A stretch of DNA of 63,343 bases, taken from the IMG/VR virus record IMGVR_UViG_3300033153_005229, positions 1-63,343 of that record. One strand, given 5' to 3'. The notes beneath the pieces were generated by a model. The model did no database searches, was not told the origin of the DNA, and saw only the letters and a list, made by a program, of their open reading frames with translations. Shown piece after piece: positions 58,276 to 63,343 of the stretch. The DNA is from a virus (Duplodnaviria > Caudoviricetes). How positions within the stretch are numbered: position 1 is the stretch's first letter; every line of letters begins with the position of its first letter. The position numbers and the translations under genes are program-made.

Positions 58276-58632
58276 CTAAAAAGTCAACCCCACTTTAAAA
58301 TTATTAGTGGCAATTATACCTACTGCCGTAAGACTTACCACCTGCCAAAACTTTCTCTCCTTTTCCGGTAAGATAATAGATATTGAAATGTGAGTAACTA
58401 ACCCAATCACCATAAATCTATTAACACTCCTTACAGATGGATGTCTACCTAGGATTGGATTACGCTCGTGGAACCTGTCTGGGTTTTCAGCTATCTGGAG
58501 TGTTTGTCTCCAATCAATTATATGTAGTCCAATCCAAGATACCTCCATTATAGTGTTTGTCTTAGTCCACTTATTATCAGCCTGGATTGAGCTGGTCAAT
58601 ACTACCAATAGAAATGTTATTAATATCTTCAT
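58276..58632 (-). CDS. Exported/membrane protein
   Basis: Signal peptide; IDWRQT...HERNPILGRHPS; hydrophobic helices. Confidence 0.65.
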   Translation of the reverse strand: MKILITFLLVVLTSSIQADNKWTKTNTIMEVSWIGLHIIDWRQTLQIAENPDRFHERNPILGRHPSVRSVNRFMVIGLVTHISISIILPEKERKFWQVVSLTAVGIIATNNFKVGLTF

Positions 58633-58676
58633 ACTTTATCCTCTTTGTTTCATAATTATTTTTCCTTTAGCAAAGT

Positions 58677-58910
58677 TTAAGGTTCTCTGTCTCTTTCACC
58701 TGTAATATCTTTTACCCTTAAGGTGTCACTTATCTGGACCGCCTCAGGTTGTATATCCTTCTTATTAAGCTGCTGTTCCGGTCCAATGGGATTATCTCCT
58801 TCACAGCTATAAAGAGTTAGTGAAATAATCACAGTAAGTATAAAAGCAATAAGTAGGTCAGCAAGTATTGTTGCCCCCTCATCACTATTCGTTTGATTCT
58901 TTAATAACAT
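58677..58910 (-). CDS. Small membrane protein / possible lipoprotein
   Basis: TM segment ending LYSC; SD AAGGAGG. Confidence 0.55.
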   Translation of the reverse strand: MLLKNQTNSDEGATILADLLIAFILTVIISLTLYSCEGDNPIGPEQQLNKKDIQPEAVQISDTLRVKDITGERDREP

Positions 58911-58997
58911 CCATCTCCTCCTTCGTTTATTTATTACTTAAATTCTGTAACAGCATAAGCAGTCTCCAGTAAAATTTTTTAGTCTCCATTATTCTTC

Positions 58998-59201
58998 CTA
59001 AAAATTCAAAAGATTTTCATGTTTCCGCCATGGACAATCGTTCAGCAAACGGATTACACCGCTAGCTTCTTCTTTTGTTCCTTCCTCTCGCATGAACTTT
59101 TCTATCTGTTCTTTTTCATTATCGTCTAATTCGGACATATCTTTGGAGTTTACCAAGTCATCAATATATTCAACCTGCTTTAGTGTAGCTCTACCCATCA
59201 C
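58998..59201 (-). CDS. Hypothetical protein
   Basis: ATLKQVEYIDDL...TKEEASGVIRLL, a short helical phage module. Confidence 0.6.
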   Translation of the reverse strand: MMGRATLKQVEYIDDLVNSKDMSELDDNEKEQIEKFMREEGTKEEASGVIRLLNDCPWRKHENLLNF

Positions 59202-59485
59202 ACCCCCGTATAAACTACCTCAAAATTCAATATCGCATTTACTACCTTAACAAACTCCTCAACACTAAGATGCTGAAGAGAATGCCCTGAGTAAGAAGAC
59301 TTCTTTATCTCCCGAGTGAAAGGAACAGTGTTTCTTATTTTGTTATCCCCCCGACCTTGAGTAGTGGAATTTTTCTTTTTCTTACTGTAGTTCCTCTGGT
59401 AATCTTTGGCTTTCTCCTTATTCCTCTGATAGTACCGGCGGTGATATTCTCTTCTTCCTTCTTTTGTTGAAGTAATCCCAGCCAC
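59198..59485 (-). CDS. Basic hypothetical protein
   Basis: REYHRRYYQRNKEKAKDYQRNY helical repeat; no HNH motif. Confidence 0.55.
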   Translation of the reverse strand: MAGITSTKEGRREYHRRYYQRNKEKAKDYQRNYSKKKKNSTTQGRGDNKIRNTVPFTREIKKSSYSGHSLQHLSVEEFVKVVNAILNFEVVYTGV

Positions 59486-59679
59486 TACTTAACCTCAGTA
59501 ACTTCGAAACTAAAGAATGAACCGGGTTCACCAATTGGCTCCATATCCTCTGAAATCTTGAAAGTCTTCCCCTTTATGGAGTCAATAAAACCTGGAGTAG
59601 CTTTGAATACCAATAACTTTTCAAAACCTGACTCTTTACCAATGACCTCTCCGAACACAATTGCTTTTTCAGCTTCCAT
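59485..59679 (-). CDS. Hypothetical protein
   Basis: Coupled ORF with SD GGAGG. Confidence 0.55.
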   Translation of the reverse strand: MEAEKAIVFGEVIGKESGFEKLLVFKATPGFIDSIKGKTFKISEDMEPIGEPGSFFSFEVTEVK

Positions 59680-59914
59680 TATTCTTCCTCCACCAAGTTA
59701 TACCTTCCTTAGTTATCCTTATGAATCCATCATCATCTTCACGGGTGAATCCCATACTATGAATAGAAATATATTCAGGTTCTGATATTATTCCATCCTC
59801 TATAAAAGAGGCCACTGTGTATGTTCCCTGATTCCCGTTGTGAACAGCATCAATATATAAGGTTCTAATAACTGTAAGTTGTCCACTCATTAAGTTAGTT
59901 ACTTTTATCACCAT
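59669..59914 (-). CDS. Hypothetical protein
   Basis: Coupled ORF. Confidence 0.5.
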   Translation of the reverse strand: MVIKVTNLMSGQLTVIRTLYIDAVHNGNQGTYTVASFIEDGIISEPEYISIHSMGFTREDDDGFIRITKEGITWWRKNNGS

Positions 59915-60200
59915 CTTCTTTCCTTTGATTAAAATACCTTTTAAGTAGCTTATAGTATTCTTTCCTGTTTATCGGAATTGCTCCGGACCTTATAGCCTCT
60001 TTTCTTTTATTCTCAGTTACATCGAAGTGTTCGATAGTCCCTGTCTGTAACCATGACTTTTTTAGACCTATCATTTCACCAAATTTTACGAGTGCTTTGG
60101 TATTCTCCGGGATAGCGATTAAATGGCTCCAGCGAGCATCTATACTACCAATTTTGGCTGGTATTCTGGCACAGTCGACATATATTTTCACCTTATCCAT
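59895..60200 (-). CDS. DUF4031-like protein
   Basis: IYVD...WSHL...IGLKKSWLQ...HFDVTENKRKEAIRSGA. Confidence 0.75.
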   Translation of the reverse strand: MDKVKIYVDCARIPAKIGSIDARWSHLIAIPENTKALVKFGEMIGLKKSWLQTGTIEHFDVTENKRKEAIRSGAIPINRKEYYKLLKRYFNQRKEDGDKSN

Positions 60201-60483
60201 TAAATACCTCGCTATACTCTGATATAAATTCTGTATTGGTCAAAACATATAATTGACCTCTATCATCCTTAACAACCCAATCTCCAGGAACCGCCACTAG
60301 TACTTTTCCTTCAAGTGTATATACCCAGAGGTATCTTCCCGATGGATTGGATTTGGTTGGTTCAAGTACAGGGCTGGAAACAATCCTTGGAGAAAAACTT
60401 TTAAATTCATAGTCAGACTGTTCTTCATACCTAACAGCCCTTACAAATTTTGCAACCCTAAAATAGTGTTTCACTCCATCCAT
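60193..60483 (-). CDS. PGDYG-like phage protein
   Basis: TLEGKVLVAVPGDWVVKDDRGQLY...FISEY. Confidence 0.7.
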   Translation of the reverse strand: MDGVKHYFRVAKFVRAVRYEEQSDYEFKSFSPRIVSSPVLEPTKSNPSGRYLWVYTLEGKVLVAVPGDWVVKDDRGQLYVLTNTEFISEYSEVFNG

Positions 60484-60869
60484 ATAAACTCCCCTAATAA
60501 CAAAGAGTACAAAAACAGTCCATAGAGAATGGCTATACGAATATTAAGTATACATCCGAAGAAGCCATCCCCTATGAACCCATCGTTCCACCAGCAGAGT
60601 ACTCTGACTGCTTTTTTAATTATATATGATGAAACGTCGAAGGGGGAAAGAAGACCTACCTCACCTCTAACCACCTCCTTAACTATAGTTGCAGGTTGAA
60701 TACTGATTAGCCTTCTCAGTATTCCTCGCCAGCCCCCACGTCTCCTAGGCCTATCAGTAGGAAGAAACGCAGTTCCAGGGAAGTACTCATCACTATCAAA
60801 AAACTCCCACTTTATTTGGGTATGTAGTTTTTTGAACCGATTTTCATTTGTCCCTAGCAGTTTATCCAT
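60471..60869 (-). CDS. Hypothetical protein
   Basis: TAATG-coupled to the exonuclease gene; hydrophobic C-terminus. Confidence 0.45.
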   Translation of the reverse strand: MDKLLGTNENRFKKLHTQIKWEFFDSDEYFPGTAFLPTDRPRRRGGWRGILRRLISIQPATIVKEVVRGEVGLLSPFDVSSYIIKKAVRVLCWWNDGFIGDGFFGCILNIRIAILYGLFLYSLLLGEFIWME

Positions 60870-61813
60870 TATGCAACAACCCTTCGATTCAACATTAATT
60901 TCCTAAATGGCATCAACCAAATAGCTGAATTATTATATATTCTTTCAAACCCTAACTCTGAACTCCTTATCCTCCTAAGGAACCGTAATTCATTATATTT
61001 CGGGGATTGATTAAGTTCATTCTTTATCATACCTTTTATGGCCAACCTCCTTAGGTCCATAAGTCTGTAATTTCTATCAACAGTAGCCTGCTCCCCTATG
61101 GCCTTCCTCATCCGCGCGTTAAATCTCTCTGGGTGTTTTCCAATATATTCAATAGATTTCTTCACATCAATTCCATATAACTTGATTATATCCAGAGCCG
61201 TTTTCTTACCAACTCCATCTATCCCTTTTATATTATCACTCTTATCACCAACCAGAACCCTAAAGGCCATATACTTATTAGGGTCAAGGCCAAGACCGTC
61301 AAAGTCCTTGAAATTATCTATATTCCATGCTCGATCGGATATGGGATTATAGACAGATACAGTTTTTGATATAAGGGGAAGAAAATCACGGTCCGATGAT
61401 ATGATTATCCGATTACTTCTAGAATATCTTTTTACTAAATAATATATAACATCATCACCCTCATTATTAAAAGATAAATATTGAGGTATTCCAAGTGCCT
61501 TTATCAATTTTTGAGAGTCCTTTATCTGGTCATATATTTGCTGTCTGGATGTATGAGAGGGGGCTGCCGTCCGTGGCTTACCATCTCGACGTTTATAGTC
61601 AGGTAATAGTTTCACCCTTCTTGGGTCTCTTCCCCCATCCCAACAAACGTGTATGCTAAATGGATTGAACTTTTTTACCATTGCTCGAATAGACTGAATC
61701 ATGCCATAAATTACAGAAACACTATCACCATTTCTATTTGTAAGAGGAACAACTGCTGCTGAACGGAACGCCATATTGTTCCCATCTATGAATAATCTTA
61801 ACTTACGGGCCAT
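60869..61813 (-). CDS. 5'-3' exonuclease / flap endonuclease
   Basis: IDGNN, CWDGG, YKRR, EGDDVI, SSDRDF, LVGDKSDNIKGIDGVGKKTA. Confidence 0.93.
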   Translation of the reverse strand: MARKLRLFIDGNNMAFRSAAVVPLTNRNGDSVSVIYGMIQSIRAMVKKFNPFSIHVCWDGGRDPRRVKLLPDYKRRDGKPRTAAPSHTSRQQIYDQIKDSQKLIKALGIPQYLSFNNEGDDVIYYLVKRYSRSNRIIISSDRDFLPLISKTVSVYNPISDRAWNIDNFKDFDGLGLDPNKYMAFRVLVGDKSDNIKGIDGVGKKTALDIIKLYGIDVKKSIEYIGKHPERFNARMRKAIGEQATVDRNYRLMDLRRLAIKGMIKNELNQSPKYNELRFLRRIRSSELGFERIYNNSAIWLMPFRKLMLNRRVVA

Positions 61814-61901
61814 AACTCATTTCTCTCCATTTTAATTTTTCTATAACTCAATCAATAAAACTACCGAAAGGATTTCTAAGAACCATACATTCTCTAATTC
61901 C

Positions 61902-62966
61902 CTATTCAGATTTAACACTGTAAAGGTCCTCCGGTATAGCTGGAAGTATATGTTCTTTCCAGACTACTCCCATTTCTTTCTTAGTAAATTCAATTGATTC
62001 ATCAGAAGTTAGGCAATATAAATCCTTATCAAGGGACTGTATGATATCATCACCTAGTAAAAGGTCAAGTAAACCAGAATACTTATCGAGCCCGTATCGC
62101 TTATTAACACGGTCAGCAAAGATACTAATAATAGCCCGACCGAATGGTGGTCTAACTCTATTCTTCTCGCAATATGCTTCAACCTCATGGCCTATTATTC
62201 TCTTAACCTTATTCTTTGTTTTCTTCAACTTCTTTGTTTGTTTAACATGAAGGCCTATACTAGCATGGAATGGGATTGCATTCCCACCTGGACGGGTTTC
62301 CGGGTTTCCAAACATAACCCCAATCTTATGTCGTATCTGATTCACTATAATAGAGGTAACATTCTCCTGATAGATTAGACCGCCAAATTCCCTCATCCCC
62401 TTACTTATAAGATTAGCTCTATTACCCATCTCCGCTTTGGCCCCTTCATAATCCATATCCAACTCCCTAGATGTCGTAGAGGCTGCTACTGAGTCCCAAC
62501 CCATCAGTATAGGACCATCGAATTTCTCTGCTCTTAATTTTACTATTGAACCAATCATAAAGTCAAATATCTCTTCAATAGTTCTAAGGGAAGCATATAT
62601 CAATCGTTTGTAGTTTATACCAAGATACTTACCAAACCCCTTATGGAAAGATGACTCTGAATCAACCAAAATAAATATACCACCCATTTTCTGACACTGA
62701 GCACCGGCATCATATAGAATTAATGATTTGGCAGAACTCTTTGGGCCGAATATCTCAGTAATCTTACCTTGAGGGAAGGCCCCATATCTCGGGTCTCCGA
62801 GAATATAGTTGAGAGCTATATTCTTTGAAGGTATCCAGTCCTCAACTATATCCATAGAATTCTTACCATGGAATGTACCAATCGAATCAGAACTAAAACT
62901 CGAAGCGATATCCTTAATAAGGGTGGGGATTGACCCACCCTTATTTTTCTTCAATTTCCTACTCAC
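61902..62966 (-). CDS. recA: RecA/UvsX-like recombinase
   Basis: GKITEIFGPKSSAKS, VDSE, WDSVAA, VNQIR, FGNPETRPGGNAIPFHAS, KNRVRPPF. Confidence 0.92.
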   Translation of the reverse strand: MSRKLKKNKGGSIPTLIKDIASSFSSDSIGTFHGKNSMDIVEDWIPSKNIALNYILGDPRYGAFPQGKITEIFGPKSSAKSLILYDAGAQCQKMGGIFILVDSESSFHKGFGKYLGINYKRLIYASLRTIEEIFDFMIGSIVKLRAEKFDGPILMGWDSVAASTTSRELDMDYEGAKAEMGNRANLISKGMREFGGLIYQENVTSIIVNQIRHKIGVMFGNPETRPGGNAIPFHASIGLHVKQTKKLKKTKNKVKRIIGHEVEAYCEKNRVRPPFGRAIISIFADRVNKRYGLDKYSGLLDLLLGDDIIQSLDKDLYCLTSDESIEFTKKEMGVVWKEHILPAIPEDLYSVKSE

Positions 62967-62968
62967 CG

Positions 62969-63343
62969 TTATTTCTTCCTCCGAGAAGTCTTCTTTTTGG
63001 TGGTCTTTTTCGATTTCTTAGCCGAGGTCTTTTTGGATTTGGCCTTTTTCTTAGGCTTTACTTTCCGGCGTTTTCTTTTCGGCTTTTCATCTTCATCATC
63101 CTCATCGAGAAGGTCATCGTCTTCCTCATCGACTTTCTTCCGGGACTTACGAGAACGAGACTTCCGACGAGGTTTTACTTCCTCTTCGTCGTCATCCTCA
63201 TCCTCTTCCTCATCTTCGTCGTCATCTTCGTCGTCATCTTCGTCGTCGTCATCTTCGTCGTCGTCATCTTCGTCGTCGTCATCTTCGTCGTCGTCATCTT
63301 CGTCGTCGTCATCTTCGTCGTCGTCATCTTCGTCGTCGTCATC
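62969..63343 (-). CDS. 3' part of the SSB gene: acidic repeat then Lys/Arg-rich tail
   Basis: In frame with 813..1 across the join; ...EEEVKPRRKSRSRKSRKK...KPKKKAKSKKTSAKKSKKTTKKKTSRRKK, stop at 62969, 3 nt before the RecA start. Confidence 0.75.
   Translation of the reverse strand, partial: DDDDEDDDDEDDDDEDDDDEDDDDEDDDDEDDDDEDDDEDDDEDEEEDEDDDEEEVKPRRKSRSRKSRKKVDEEDDDLLDEDDEDEKPKRKRRKVKPKKKAKSKKTSAKKSKKTTKKKTSRRKK
63183..63343. repeat. 15-bp tandem repeat (same unit as the window start)
   Basis: Directly visible. Confidence 0.95.

Noticed and set aside
59198-59485. HNH endonuclease
   Set aside because: Only the basic helical repeat is present; there are no His/Asn/Cys nuclease motifs.
2241-63021. 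Numerous antisense or nested ORFs in the track (e.g. 2557-2877, 8226-8792, 37739-38266, 40892-41323)
   Set aside because: They shadow well-supported genes and lack recognisable motifs.

Overview
This window looks like an essentially complete, circularly permuted ~63 kb genome of an uncultured-type tailed phage with a contractile tail. Both ends fall inside the same (EDDDD)n-coding 15-bp repeat of a gp32-like SSB gene, which reads in frame across the join. No integrase, repressor-type lysogeny module, tRNA or CRISPR array is evident. Modules: (i) replication/recombination: SSB, UvsY-like, UDG-fused family A polymerase, RecA/UvsX, 5'-3' exonuclease, SbcCD-like nuclease, Holliday resolvase, SF2 helicase, and DnaB plus primase on the + strand; (ii) nucleotide metabolism: dCMP deaminase, two thymidylate-synthase-fold paralogues that both carry the dCMP-type Asp, and an all-alpha dNTP pyrophosphatase; (iii) early/control region: mirror-image divergent promoters, histone-like basic proteins, two sigma-like genes and a NusG paralogue; (iv) head genes, with ~12 kb of accessory genes between portal and protease that include a 1774-aa 14-residue-repeat/beta-propeller protein and a MuF protein with a C-terminal HExxH domain plus a candidate immunity gene; (v) an eCIS-like tail with a -1 frameshift chaperone, followed by an M15 endolysin. 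Top candidates for new biology are the dual TS-fold pyrimidine-modification pathway, the NusG/sigma transcription module with its promoter motifs, the MuF effector with a reused DNA-binding-like micro-motif, and the eCIS-type tail on a packaging-competent phage. All calls come from motif recognition by eye, without database searches.
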